A stretch of 64,000 bases of DNA from Acidilobaceae archaeon (GTDB lineage Archaea > Thermoproteota > Thermoprotei_A > Sulfolobales > Acidilobaceae). The position numbers were made by a program, and so were the translations under genes. The notes under the pieces were generated by a model. That model saw only the letters and a program-made list of their open reading frames with translations. It had not been told where the DNA came from and searched no databases. Positions 51,786 to 61,200 of the stretch are shown here, piece after piece. Position 1 is the first letter of the stretch. Each line of letters begins with the position of its first letter. Location of the stretch: the NCBI GenBank assembly GCA_038897215.1, contig JAWAWX010000001.1, forward strand, positions 320,001 to 384,000. The letters run 5' to 3'.

Positions 51786-52960
51786 CTAAAGAGGTCCGAT
51801 AGGCTGGCGAAGCCGGGGAACCCGTTTTTCACGAACTCCTCGTAGAGCTCTCTGCCCAAGAAGACTCTGTATATCTCGTTGGCTTTCGCTACTGGGTCTA
51901 TGTCGGAGAAGGCGCTGGGGTAGAGGATGTAGCCGACCCAGTAGGCGTTAGCTAGCGCTGTAGCAACGTTAGTGTGGTAGTGGTTGTAGGGCAGTATCCC
52001 GTAGACTCTCCCCTCTCTGAACGCTACGAGGCTACAGTAGGGCTGAGGGTTCTTCCTGAAGTCTCCCAGGACTACTCCTAGATTGTTCTCGTCTATGAAC
52101 ACCACCTCAGGCTGCCTCTTGATGATATACTCGAAGTCTAGGCTCACAAAGCCTCCTCTGCCGAGCTCGTCTACTATAGAGGGGGTGTTGATGAGCTTGA
52201 ATGGGACGAAGTCGCCCTGAGTAGAGGTGAATGGCTGGGGTCCTCTATACGATACTGCTCCAACATAGACCACAGGCCTCTTCTCTATAGCCCCCGTTCT
52301 AGCCCTCAAGTCTAGGACTAGTTGCTCCACGTATCTCACCAACTCTAGAGCTCTCTCCTCTCTCCCTAGAACCTTCCCCAGCATCATCAAGGCTCTCTTG
52401 AAGTCCTCGAGTCTCAGGTAGCCAGGCTCTCCGTAGTCTACGACTACGACCTTAGCTCCCGTTTCAGCCTCGAGCCTATCGGGGTCTATGAATTGCATGT
52501 AGAGCCTGCTCATCACTATGAGCTGAGGCCTAACTGCTGCGATTAGCTCGGGGTTGGGAGGCCTCCCAGGGCCTCCGGGGCCTATTGTCGGCAGGTCTTT
52601 GAGTCTACTGTAGTGAGCTAGCAGGTAATCCATCCCAGTGGGAGTCCCGGGAGTCCACCTCTTCTCCATCTCCTCCACTCCAACCACGAGGTCTAGAGCC
52701 TGCAGGTAGGCGATGAGCCTGAGAGCGCCGGGGCCTATGGCTACTACTCTAGTCACGTTTCTCGGGACTACGACCTTCCTCCCAGCGAAGTCCACGACCT
52801 CAACGTACTCAGTCTCGTCCCCCAGCTCCGGAGACTCTCCTCGAGGCTGCTCGCGCGCCGCTTCTCGAGAGTCATGGATGTACGGGAAGAGGAAGCCCAG
52901 CAGGACCACTATGGCCAGAGCTAGAGCGAGGCCCGCTGCGAGAGGAGTCTTCCAGCTCAC
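51776..52960 (-). CDS. Metal-chelate ABC substrate-binding protein (BtuF/FepB-like), N-terminal anchor
   Basis: D..GR.V.VP..V.RVV, PNPELI....PQ, LG.VLGREERA, AFREGRVY. Confidence 0.9.
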   Translation of the reverse strand: MSWKTPLAAGLALALAIVVLLGFLFPYIHDSREAAREQPRGESPELGDETEYVEVVDFAGRKVVVPRNVTRVVAIGPGALRLIAYLQALDLVVGVEEMEKRWTPGTPTGMDYLLAHYSRLKDLPTIGPGGPGRPPNPELIAAVRPQLIVMSRLYMQFIDPDRLEAETGAKVVVVDYGEPGYLRLEDFKRALMMLGKVLGREERALELVRYVEQLVLDLRARTGAIEKRPVVYVGAVSYRGPQPFTSTQGDFVPFKLINTPSIVDELGRGGFVSLDFEYIIKRQPEVVFIDENNLGVVLGDFRKNPQPYCSLVAFREGRVYGILPYNHYHTNVATALANAYWVGYILYPSAFSDIDPVAKANEIYRVFLGRELYEEFVKNGFPGFASLSDLFRCP

Positions 52961-53643
52961 GGTCTCACCTCGAAGAGCTCTCGGGGCTCTACCTCTAACA
53001 GTATTCCTCTACCGGCGAGCACGGGGACTCTCGCTCCAGCGCAGTAGAGGCAGAGCCTGCCTCCGCCTCTCTCGACTGTCTTCGTGGTCATCACGAGCTC
53101 CCCGCAGACTCTGCACTTAACGCTCTCAACTATGGGGGACCTCTCGGGTAGCTTCAGCACTCTAACTCTAGACACCTTGAAGTAGCTCTCCGGCAGGTCT
53201 ACGAGGGATAGTGCCGCTTTTCTCCAGAGTTCGTGGAATCTCTCGACCTCCTCTCTTGAAGCCGTTCTCTCGACTAGCACTTTGCGCCTCAGCTCTCTAG
53301 CCTCGCTCGGTACTAGCTCCCCGATCTTCTCAGAGTCGAAGTATACCCTCACGCCCTCGCTTGAGCCGCGGAGAGCTAGGGTTACAGCGTTCTTCCCGAG
53401 ATCCACGTAGACTAGAGAGTTGTTCCCTAGAGTGCAACCCGTCTTGACCTGGACGCCGTCAGAGAAGCAGTTATTGACCTCTACTATGGCTACTACCTCC
53501 TCGTGTATAGACTCGTAGACTCCCAGCTTCTCTACTCCGAGCTTCTCCATGGCTATCTCTGCTGCTCTCATGCCGATGACGAGAAAGGGGCATAGATGGC
53601 CGTGAAGCTCCTCGGCTCTCCTCAAGTCTTCAGGCGTAACCAA
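52957..53643 (-). CDS. FmdE-family protein with C-terminal zinc finger
   Basis: HGHLCPFLVIGMR, CFSDGVQ..TGCTLGN, C..CGE, C..C. Confidence 0.9.
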   Translation of the reverse strand: MVTPEDLRRAEELHGHLCPFLVIGMRAAEIAMEKLGVEKLGVYESIHEEVVAIVEVNNCFSDGVQVKTGCTLGNNSLVYVDLGKNAVTLALRGSSEGVRVYFDSEKIGELVPSEARELRRKVLVERTASREEVERFHELWRKAALSLVDLPESYFKVSRVRVLKLPERSPIVESVKCRVCGELVMTTKTVERGGGRLCLYCAGARVPVLAGRGILLEVEPRELFEVRP

Positions 53644-53648
53644 GAATA

Positions 53649-53675
53649 GTGCACCGTTTCTTTATACAGGTGCAC
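53649..53675. promoter_or_regulatory. Dyad operator GTGCACC-N13-GGTGCAC between the TATA box and the fmdE start
   Basis: Perfect 7-bp inverted repeat; minus-strand CTTAAAT at 53682-53688. Confidence 0.6.
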
Positions 53676-53736
53676 CAACAGATTTAAGCATTACGGTAGC
53701 GAGTCGCGCAACGTTCTAGCGCCTCATCAGCGCGTT

Positions 53737-54738
53737 CTAGCTAAGCCCCCTCCTTCGCGTAGAGCTACGAGCAAGCCTCTCTCTACCCCTCCTTCTGACC
53801 TCTAGCAGGATCTCTCCGGTCAGCTCTCGGGGGCTCATGTTCAGCCTCGCTAGGTCTTCCTCTAGGTCTAGCTCAGTGTATATCCCGTGTTCGTTCAGAA
53901 CTCTTCTAGCCTCGTCTAGGCTCCTAGTCTCCGAGAGCTCTGCCACCAGCGGGTTGGATTCAGCCACTTTTCTAGCATCTAGGAGGAATGTGGCTGTAGA
54001 GAAGAGACTCACCTCTACTACTCTAGACCCTCTTCTAGCCGAGAGCTCTCCTCGAAGCCCTCTAAACGCTAGCAGAGGTATTCTCGAAGCCTCTGTCTCA
54101 ACTACCTCGACTAGTTTCTCGAGTAGCTCCGCGTCATCAGGCTCCATGAATCTGCCTCCTAGCAGAGCTCCTCTTCGAGAGAGCTCATCGACTCTGCTTA
54201 GCACATAGCTCTGCGAGAGCTCTCCATCGCTCCCCGGAGAGTGGACTGCTAGAACCCCTCCTACTCTAGCGAGAGCAGCCAGCCCCACTAGGTCAGCGAG
54301 AGGACTCCAGAGAGTCTCCTCGAAGCCTAGAGCTAGGCTGTCACCACCCACGTCTACGCCCACTACTCTCGACGCTCCGACCTTCTCAGAGACCTCGAGG
54401 AGAGCTTCAGCGAGACCTACAGCCCCGCTCCAGATGTCTAGAACGTAGACTGGCTCCTCTAGAGCTCTCGCTACTCTCGCTGCAGCGAAGACGACCCTAG
54501 ACCCTCCTCTCTCAGCGTAAGAAGACCCCGAGACCAGGACGTAGCCTCTGCCTCTCTCCAAGTAGTCTCTGATCTCATCTAGCCTCACGGGCCCCGGCAC
54601 GGGGTCTACGTGAAACCTCTCCCACGCGATAGACGCCACTACTGCTCTAACACAACACCTCCTCATAGCTCGAGCTAGCATAGCAGCTGAGACCACGTCG
54701 CCGCCCCCGCCGATAGCAACTACTAGAGTAGAAGCCAT
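53737..54738 (-). CDS. DUF1152-family protein
   Basis: AIGGGGDV, GVDVGGD.L..G.E..L.SPL.D, GSDGEL, TEAS. Confidence 0.82.
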   Translation of the reverse strand: MASTLVVAIGGGGDVVSAAMLARAMRRCCVRAVVASIAWERFHVDPVPGPVRLDEIRDYLERGRGYVLVSGSSYAERGGSRVVFAAARVARALEEPVYVLDIWSGAVGLAEALLEVSEKVGASRVVGVDVGGDSLALGFEETLWSPLADLVGLAALARVGGVLAVHSPGSDGELSQSYVLSRVDELSRRGALLGGRFMEPDDAELLEKLVEVVETEASRIPLLAFRGLRGELSARRGSRVVEVSLFSTATFLLDARKVAESNPLVAELSETRSLDEARRVLNEHGIYTELDLEEDLARLNMSPRELTGEILLEVRRRGRERLARSSTRRRGLS

Positions 54739-54860
54739 CTCGGAGCCCTAGGAGAGCGCTGAGTCTATAGAGCTAATCAAGAACTCGCTAGGAGCGCTCC
54801 AGCAAGCCTCTCTTCGTATTTGAGGAGGTTTTGCGAATCTATATCAATAAACAGATAGAC

Positions 54861-54896
54861 TATTAAATAGTATTTAATAAATGGAAAATTTTAAAA
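54861..54896 (+). promoter_or_regulatory. 9-1-9 palindrome immediately upstream of the BRE/TATA of the psr-like operon
   Basis: TATTAAATA-G-TATTTAATA (54861-54879), then GAAAA-TTTTAAAA (54884-54896). Confidence 0.55.
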
Positions 54897-54937
54897 GAGT
54901 GGTCCTAGAATCTAGTTATGGCTGTGGGTGACGAGCC

Positions 54938-57484
54938 ATTGCTGTAAAACTCTCGAGAAGAGATTTCGTTAAGCTTTCTGCTCTCGCTGCCGCGCTAATG
55001 TCTATACCTCTTGGCTACAAGACCGTCAGGAAGACCGATGAGGCGTCGCTAGCCGGAGCCGGTATCGGTGGCATAAAGTTCGTTAAGACATACTGTAATA
55101 TGTGTGGAGCTCTCTGCGGCATACAGGTAGCCGTGAAAGACGGGAAACCTCTATTCGTGCTCCCCATAGATGACCACCCGCAGCGGGGTCTCTGCGGCAG
55201 GTCTGCTACCACTCCATGGCTCTGGAATCACCCGCTTAGAGTCAGGAAGCCTCTGAAGAGAGTCGGGGAGAGGGGCGAGGGCAGATTCCAGGAGATCTCC
55301 TGGGAGCAGGCTCTAGACGAGATAGCCGCCAAGCTTAGAGAGATAGCTGAGAAGTACGGCCCCCGAGCCATAGCCTTCACCTGGCACGATGTATGGAGCT
55401 GGCACGTCGGCCTATTCCAATACGGTCTCGGCACCCCTAGCTTCACGAACCACGTCGGAACCTGCCATACGAGCGGGACTGTGGCTAGAGGGGCTGTACT
55501 AGCAGCTGGAGGGCCTGCAAGCGTCGACCCGGATCTGACCAACGCTAGCTACGTCCTCCTGGTTGGCAGAGCCTACTCTACTGCTAACATGGGCCATGTT
55601 AACTGGCTCAGGTCTAGTGACAAGGTTAGGATTGTCTACGTCGGGCCCAGGATGGCTGAGATTGCTTTCGGGGAGGTCGAGTGGGTTCCTATCAAGCCTG
55701 CTACCGAAGTCGTCTTCGTGCTGAGTCTTATCAATGTGATCATAGAGGAGGGTCTTTACGACGCTGAGTTCCTGAAGAGGTATACTAACGCTCCGTTCCT
55801 CATCAAGCCCGACGGCAGGCCTCTCGTTGAGGCGGATGTAGTCGCGGGCGGTAGAACAGGAGTATATCTAGTATTCGATGCTAGAACAGGGAGACTCGAA
55901 GACCACACGAGAGCAGCAGACCCACACCTAACGTACACAGGTAGAGTAACACTAGCAGACGGAAGAGAGATAGAGGTAACAACAGCATTCAACCTACTTA
56001 GAGAAAGAGCAGCCAAATACCCGCCAGAAGAAGCGGAGAAGATAACAGGAGCACCGGCAACAACCATAAGAAGAATAGCGAGAGAATTCGCGCTATACAG
56101 AGGAGTAGCAGACGACACCTGGTACGTTACGTGGAACGGAGAACCGGACTTCTACGCTGTGATGGCTATACTGATACTCAACACTATCGTGGGGAGCTTA
56201 GAGAGGCCAGGCGGGCTAGGCTGGATGGAGACTAGGAGATTCCCAGCCATAGGGTCTGTTGTAACCGTGGGCGGGAAGAGGTACTGGAGACCTGTATGGG
56301 CTGAGACGATCCCAGAGGCTCACCCAGGCCTGCCTGAAGAGCTGTGGGGCAGCGCTGGCGAGACGAGGATCGATGTGAGGAAGTATAGGAGGACTGCTGC
56401 TACTTTCGACGCGATACTAGACGCTATAATCAAAGACGACCCCTACCCTGTCAGAGCCCTGATAGCGATCGGAAGCGACCCGCTCATGAGAGACATGGAT
56501 ACAGAGAAGGTTAAGGAGGCTTACAGGAAGCTCGAGCTACTAGTAGTTGTGGACGTTCTTCTCAAAGACTCGGGAATGTATGCGGACTACGTGCTTCCAG
56601 ACACCACGTTCCTAGAGAGAGACGAGATAGCGTCCAACAAATGGACTCTAGCCCCGGTAGTCCAGAAGCAGACGAAGGCCGTAGACCCGCCGCCTGGCTG
56701 CGAGGCTAGAGACTGGATCTGGGCGTTCATGGAGATAGTGAGGAGAGCCTGGCCGGAGAAGGCTAGAGCTCTAGGCTGGAAGGAGGAGTACAGAGACTAC
56801 GAGACCTACAAGAGAGACTTCGACGAGAAGCTGAAGGAGGCCATGGTGATAGCCCTAGCTAGAAGCTGGGCTCCGGTGCTCAGAGTCCCCGAGGCGGAGC
56901 TGAGAGAGCGGATCAAGAGAGAGCTCGACGAGAAAGGCTACATAGTGTTCCAGCCCAAGGTATACAACCCGGCCAGGCTCACTGCTCTAGGGACTCCTAG
57001 CAGGAAGGCTGAGATATACTCGCTGAGGAATCTAGCCGACGGGCTAGACCCGCTCCCCGACTTGAAGCCCCCGGCTTACACTGTGCCCAGAGGCGGTGAC
57101 GAGTTCTACCTAGTCAACGGCAAGAATGCGCTCGTAAGCGTCCACGCTACGCTAATGCTGCCGATGAGATGGCTTCATGACCCGAGAGTATGGATGAACC
57201 CGAAGGATGCCAAGAGACTAGGGATAAGAGACGGGGACTTGATAGAGCTCGAGGCGATAGACACTGGCAGGAAGGCTAGAGCGAGAGTCAGAGTGACTGA
57301 TAGAGTGATGCCGGGAGTCTTGTTCGTCTTCAGCCAGTCATTCGGTAGAATCATAAAGCACATAGAAGGCTATGAGCATCTCGCAGAGGGCATCAACCCG
57401 CACACATTAATCAGAGCGTACGCGATGCCGATAGTGGGAGGAGGGGCGACGAACTGCAGCGTCAGAGTCAGGAAGGTGAGCTGA
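54938..57484 (+). CDS. Mo/W-bisPGD oxidoreductase catalytic subunit, polysulfide/thiosulfate reductase (PsrA/PhsA/SreA) type, with Tat signal
   Basis: SRRDFVK Tat motif upstream of ATG 54998; CNMC...C...C FS0 cluster; HVGTC metal-ligand loop; ADYVLPD..FLER; MNP.DA...G. Confidence 0.88.
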   Translation: MAVKLSRRDFVKLSALAAALMSIPLGYKTVRKTDEASLAGAGIGGIKFVKTYCNMCGALCGIQVAVKDGKPLFVLPIDDHPQRGLCGRSATTPWLWNHPLRVRKPLKRVGERGEGRFQEISWEQALDEIAAKLREIAEKYGPRAIAFTWHDVWSWHVGLFQYGLGTPSFTNHVGTCHTSGTVARGAVLAAGGPASVDPDLTNASYVLLVGRAYSTANMGHVNWLRSSDKVRIVYVGPRMAEIAFGEVEWVPIKPATEVVFVLSLINVIIEEGLYDAEFLKRYTNAPFLIKPDGRPLVEADVVAGGRTGVYLVFDARTGRLEDHTRAADPHLTYTGRVTLADGREIEVTTAFNLLRERAAKYPPEEAEKITGAPATTIRRIAREFALYRGVADDTWYVTWNGEPDFYAVMAILILNTIVGSLERPGGLGWMETRRFPAIGSVVTVGGKRYWRPVWAETIPEAHPGLPEELWGSAGETRIDVRKYRRTAATFDAILDAIIKDDPYPVRALIAIGSDPLMRDMDTEKVKEAYRKLELLVVVDVLLKDSGMYADYVLPDTTFLERDEIASNKWTLAPVVQKQTKAVDPPPGCEARDWIWAFMEIVRRAWPEKARALGWKEEYRDYETYKRDFDEKLKEAMVIALARSWAPVLRVPEAELRERIKRELDEKGYIVFQPKVYNPARLTALGTPSRKAEIYSLRNLADGLDPLPDLKPPAYTVPRGGDEFYLVNGKNALVSVHATLMLPMRWLHDPRVWMNPKDAKRLGIRDGDLIELEAIDTGRKARARVRVTDRVMPGVLFVFSQSFGRIIKHIEGYEHLAEGINPHTLIRAYAMPIVGGGATNCSVRVRKVS

Positions 57485-57499
57485 GAGAGGTGAGCCCCC

Positions 57500-58069
57500 G
57501 TGGCGAGGCTCGCGTACTTATGGGATGAGAGGCTCTGCATCGCCTGCATGGCATGCGTGGTAGCGTGCACAGCGAACTACCCGGAGCTGAGAGAAGACCC
57601 CAACCCGAACCCGTACTGGAGGTGGATGGCGAGCAACATAAGAGTGGAGATCAGGGAGTTCGGGAGGCCGAGACTGAGACTCGTCTCATGCCAGCACTGC
57701 GAGAACCCGCCTTGCGTCACTGTGTGTCCCACTTTCGCTAGCTATATCGATAAGAAGACCGGGCTAGTTAAGTTCGATAAGAGCAAGTGTCTCGGATGCA
57801 AACACTGCGTGATAGCGTGTCCCTACGGAGCCAGGTGGGTTGGCAAAGACCTCCTGCCGCACAAGTGTATGGGTGAGCTCTGCGAAAGCAGAGTAGAAGC
57901 AGGGCTACAGCCTCTCTGCGTCAGCGTCTGCCCAGCCAACGCTAGAGACTTCGGCGACATAGACGACCCAGAGAGCAGCATATCTAAGAAGCTGAGAGCT
58001 CTGAGAACAGAGAGAATGCTGGAGGAGTACAGGACCGAGCCTAAGTACTTCGTGGTGACTGGTGGGTAG
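57500..58069 (+). CDS. 4Fe-4S electron-transfer subunit (PsrB/NrfC-like)
   Basis: CIACMACVVAC, CQHCENPPCVTVCP, CLGCKHCVIACPY, KC...C...P.CVSVCP. Confidence 0.93.
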   Translation: MARLAYLWDERLCIACMACVVACTANYPELREDPNPNPYWRWMASNIRVEIREFGRPRLRLVSCQHCENPPCVTVCPTFASYIDKKTGLVKFDKSKCLGCKHCVIACPYGARWVGKDLLPHKCMGELCESRVEAGLQPLCVSVCPANARDFGDIDDPESSISKKLRALRTERMLEEYRTEPKYFVVTGG

Positions 58070-58071
58070 AG

Positions 58072-59211
58072 ATGGTTGGCGCGAGAGTGACTGTAGCTGT
58101 ATCGGTAGCTCTCATCGTGGTAGGAGGCCTGCTAGCTCTCTACGGCTTCTTGACTAAGCAGGTGCCAAGCATAACCTGGGCTCTTCTAGTCCCTGCATAC
58201 GTGTTCTTCGGGCTCATGGCTGGAGGCTCTAGCATAGTCAACAGCCTCTACACAGTCTTCGGCTACAAGGGGCCCAGAGAGGAGCTGGAGAGGATAATAG
58301 TCTACGGCGTCGTGTTCTCGCTAGCCTCGCTGATAGCGTCGTTCCTAGCTATCGCGCTTGAGGTTTCACAGCCTTGGAACACTATCTACATCCTGCTATC
58401 TCTCAACCCGGAGTCTAGGATAGCCTGGATGGTGATCATCTACTCGATATACCTCGTCTTCCTGGTGGTAGAGCTAGCATACTTCCTGCTACACTCCGTC
58501 TCCCCGTCTAGAGTCAAGGTGTCTAAGGCTGTAGAGTTCGCTTTAGGAGTCTTAGTGCTGGTCGTCACGATAGCTGCCTACACGAACCTAGCGGGGATCT
58601 TCGGTAGTACCGCCACGATCCACATGTGGCACGGAGCCCACCTAGCAGCACTATTCATCCTGTGGGCTATAGCACTTGGAGCAGCCGGTCAGGGACTCTA
58701 CGTGCTGATCCTGAAGCGCGCTGACAGAGAGCTTCAGAGCTTTGCCGCAAGCTTCTACGGGAGGATCATGACTCTAGGCCTTCTAGCCACTGCCGCTGTA
58801 GTGTTCTGGATGGCTCTCCTAGCCGGCTACGGGCCTGCTGCTAGAGAGTGGGAAGTCATGCTTAATGGAGCCTACTCAGCTCACTTCTGGATAGGCTTCG
58901 TCATAGCAGGCCTAGCCGCCCCCATAGTGCTATCTATAGCCTCGACCACGACTAGAAACATCTTGTACCAGGCAGCCGCCTCGATCCTAGCCCTTCTCGG
59001 AGGCTTCATCGGCATGTACACCATAGTCGTAGCTCCTCAGACAGCGCGCCTCACAGTCTTCAGAGACTACGAGGTGATAGAGTTCGCACCACACGCCGAC
59101 GAGTACTTCGTCCTAGCTGGAACCATCCTGATCTGGATAGGGATACTGAGTCTGGGAGCTATCGTAGTCAAGAGCACATACGAGCGAGCACACCAACAAG
59201 CCCACAGCTAG
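58072..59211 (+). CDS. NrfD/PsrC family membrane anchor
   Basis: W..LV..Y.FF, SRIAW, about 10 TM helices; third gene of the CISM triad. Confidence 0.88.
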   Translation: MVGARVTVAVSVALIVVGGLLALYGFLTKQVPSITWALLVPAYVFFGLMAGGSSIVNSLYTVFGYKGPREELERIIVYGVVFSLASLIASFLAIALEVSQPWNTIYILLSLNPESRIAWMVIIYSIYLVFLVVELAYFLLHSVSPSRVKVSKAVEFALGVLVLVVTIAAYTNLAGIFGSTATIHMWHGAHLAALFILWAIALGAAGQGLYVLILKRADRELQSFAASFYGRIMTLGLLATAAVVFWMALLAGYGPAAREWEVMLNGAYSAHFWIGFVIAGLAAPIVLSIASTTTRNILYQAAASILALLGGFIGMYTIVVAPQTARLTVFRDYEVIEFAPHADEYFVLAGTILIWIGILSLGAIVVKSTYERAHQQAHS

Positions 59212-59229
59212 AACTTTCCCGCTTCTATC

Positions 59230-59250
59230 CCTCCTTCTTTTTCCCCTCCC
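59230..59250 (+). terminator. Pyrimidine/oligo-T tract, putative archaeal terminator
   Basis: CCTCCTTCTTTTTCCCCTCCC about 20 nt after the psrC-like stop. Confidence 0.5.
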
Positions 59251-59337
59251 CTCCTCGCTTCTCTCGCGCTGAGCTCTCTAGAGGCTCCTCATTTAAGCTC
59301 TCGCGCTTCAAGGATGCTCTCCGGGTGCTTTCAGCCA

Positions 59338-60090
59338 GTGAGGGTCCTCTTGATCTCTGACGTGCACGGTAACTATGACGCTCTGAGAGCTGTTCTCGAA
59401 GCCTCTCCGCCTCACGACGACGTCTGGATCTTGGGAGACCTAGTCGACTACGGGCCTGAGCCCGATGCTGTAGTCGACGAGGTGAGAAGCCTAAAGCCAG
59501 GCGTCGCCGTCAGAGGGAATCACGACCACGCTGCTGCCTACGGTGTCGACTGTGGGTGTGGAGACGAGGTGCGGTGGCTCAGCGTCTACACTAGAGAGGC
59601 TGTGACCGCGAGGCTCTTAGACGAGGGGCACAGAGCGTGGCTTAGGTCTCTCAGGATCGTGGAGAAGCGTGAAGCTGGGAGATTCCAGGTCACGGTGGTC
59701 CACGGGAGCCCGAGCAACCCTCTATACGGCTACCTGAAGCCGGGGATGAGCTTAGAGGAGCTCAGAGCGTCTCTAGCTCAGAGACCCGGGCTGAGGCTCA
59801 GAGGGGGCTCGGTGGAGCCCGTCTCCGGGCTCTTCGCGGTCGGTCACGCTCACGTAGCGTACGAGCTTAGAGTCGACGAGGCCAGAGTCTTGAACCCGGG
59901 TAGTGTAGGGCAGCCTAGAGACGGAGACCCGAGAGCCTCCTTCGGAGTCCTCGACTTGGAGACCGGGAGGTTCGAGATTCGCAGAGTCGAGTACGACGTG
60001 GCTAGAGTAGTCTCTAAGCTGAGAGCTCTAGGCTTGAGGGAGGACGCGTTGGAGAAGCTGGCTTCAATCCTGCTCACTGGGAGAGCGTAG
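59338..60090 (+). CDS. Calcineurin-like metallophosphoesterase
   Basis: ISDVHGN, LGDLVDYG, RGNHD, VHGSP, GHAH, NPGSVGQPRDG; alternative start ATG 59314. Confidence 0.92.
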   Translation: MRVLLISDVHGNYDALRAVLEASPPHDDVWILGDLVDYGPEPDAVVDEVRSLKPGVAVRGNHDHAAAYGVDCGCGDEVRWLSVYTREAVTARLLDEGHRAWLRSLRIVEKREAGRFQVTVVHGSPSNPLYGYLKPGMSLEELRASLAQRPGLRLRGGSVEPVSGLFAVGHAHVAYELRVDEARVLNPGSVGQPRDGDPRASFGVLDLETGRFEIRRVEYDVARVVSKLRALGLREDALEKLASILLTGRA

Positions 60091-60108
60091 CTCTGGGGAG
60101 CTCTGTGG

Positions 60109-61137
60109 CTAGAGCTCGAGAATGCTGACCTCCGAGACCCCGGCTTCGACTAGCTCGGGGCTAGCGCTAACAGGCGCGAGCACTACCGCCTTCCCCTTCC
60201 TCTCGTCAACTCTAACTAAGAGGCCCGGGTGGGGAGACTTCTTCACGTAAACTGCCGCTATGAGCCCTGCTCCTGGCCTGGGCCTCTGGTCTCCTAGGAA
60301 TACCACGGAGTCCAGAGGCACGGAGTAGCGCCTAGCGCCCGCCAGCTTACTGGCTATTAGCCTCTCTCTATGCAGCCTCCTCTCCTCGCTCGTCTTAGCC
60401 GAGCGAGCTAGAGGCTTGAGGCTCGCTACCTCGAGCCCTCTGCTCTCGAAGACCGCGAGCTTCTCTCTATCGAGCCCGAGAGCCACCACTAGCTCTACTC
60501 CGGCCTCGACCGCTATCTCCGCCTTAGCCTGAAGCCCTCTCTCCTCGACCCACCCGTCGGTGTCTATCACTAGAGGGGGCGGGCTCTGGGAGAGCTCTAG
60601 AGAGCATCGCTTGTACCTCTCTAGCATAGCGCTAGGAGTGAAGGAGCCGACGAAGCAGGAGCGCTCTACAGTAAACGAGGCCGTGGACCCGGGTACAACC
60701 GGGGGGTTAACGGAGGCTAGCGAGGCGAACCCCGGGCAGTAGACCTCATTCTGCCCGACGTCTATAGTGAGGAGCTCGGGTCTCGCTCCTGAAGCTGCCG
60801 CCAGCCCGGCTACTAGAGACGCTAGAGTGCTCTTACCGGAGTCCACGGGGCCCACTATCATCGACTTCCTTCTAGCAGCCTCTCTAGCCACAGAGTAAGC
60901 CTCCTCTATCTCCCCCGAGGAGAGCTCTACTAGAGCGGAGCCGGGCGAGCCGGACACCTGGATCCTTGCGTTCTCTCCCCTCAAGAGGACTGCTCTAGCT
61001 CTAGGGACCACTAGCCTGAAGCCTGCTCCCACGGGGAACCCCATTGCTTCAACTAGTCCTCCAGCGACCACCACTACCGCTGGGCCTCTGACTGCCAGGA
61101 AGCCGTCTAGGCTGATCTCTCTAGTGTATAGCTCCAC
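60109..61137 (-). CDS. Clp1/Grc3 family polynucleotide 5'-kinase
   Basis: VGPVDSGKSTL, IDVGQ, FVGS.TP, VIDTDGWV, EERR..RE lid. Confidence 0.85.
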   Translation of the reverse strand: MELYTREISLDGFLAVRGPAVVVVAGGLVEAMGFPVGAGFRLVVPRARAVLLRGENARIQVSGSPGSALVELSSGEIEEAYSVAREAARRKSMIVGPVDSGKSTLASLVAGLAAASGARPELLTIDVGQNEVYCPGFASLASVNPPVVPGSTASFTVERSCFVGSFTPSAMLERYKRCSLELSQSPPPLVIDTDGWVEERGLQAKAEIAVEAGVELVVALGLDREKLAVFESRGLEVASLKPLARSAKTSEERRLHRERLIASKLAGARRYSVPLDSVVFLGDQRPRPGAGLIAAVYVKKSPHPGLLVRVDERKGKAVVLAPVSASPELVEAGVSEVSILEL

Positions 61138-61200
61138 CTCCCCGGCCCTCCGCCGCTCTAGGGGAGAGAGCTCTCCTTAAAGAGAGCTCTCGCTGCGGCC

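Noticed and set aside
52957-53643. Methanogenesis or C1 pathway inferred from FmdE
   Set aside because: No fmd/fwd catalytic subunits; FmdE-family genes commonly occur with metal transporters
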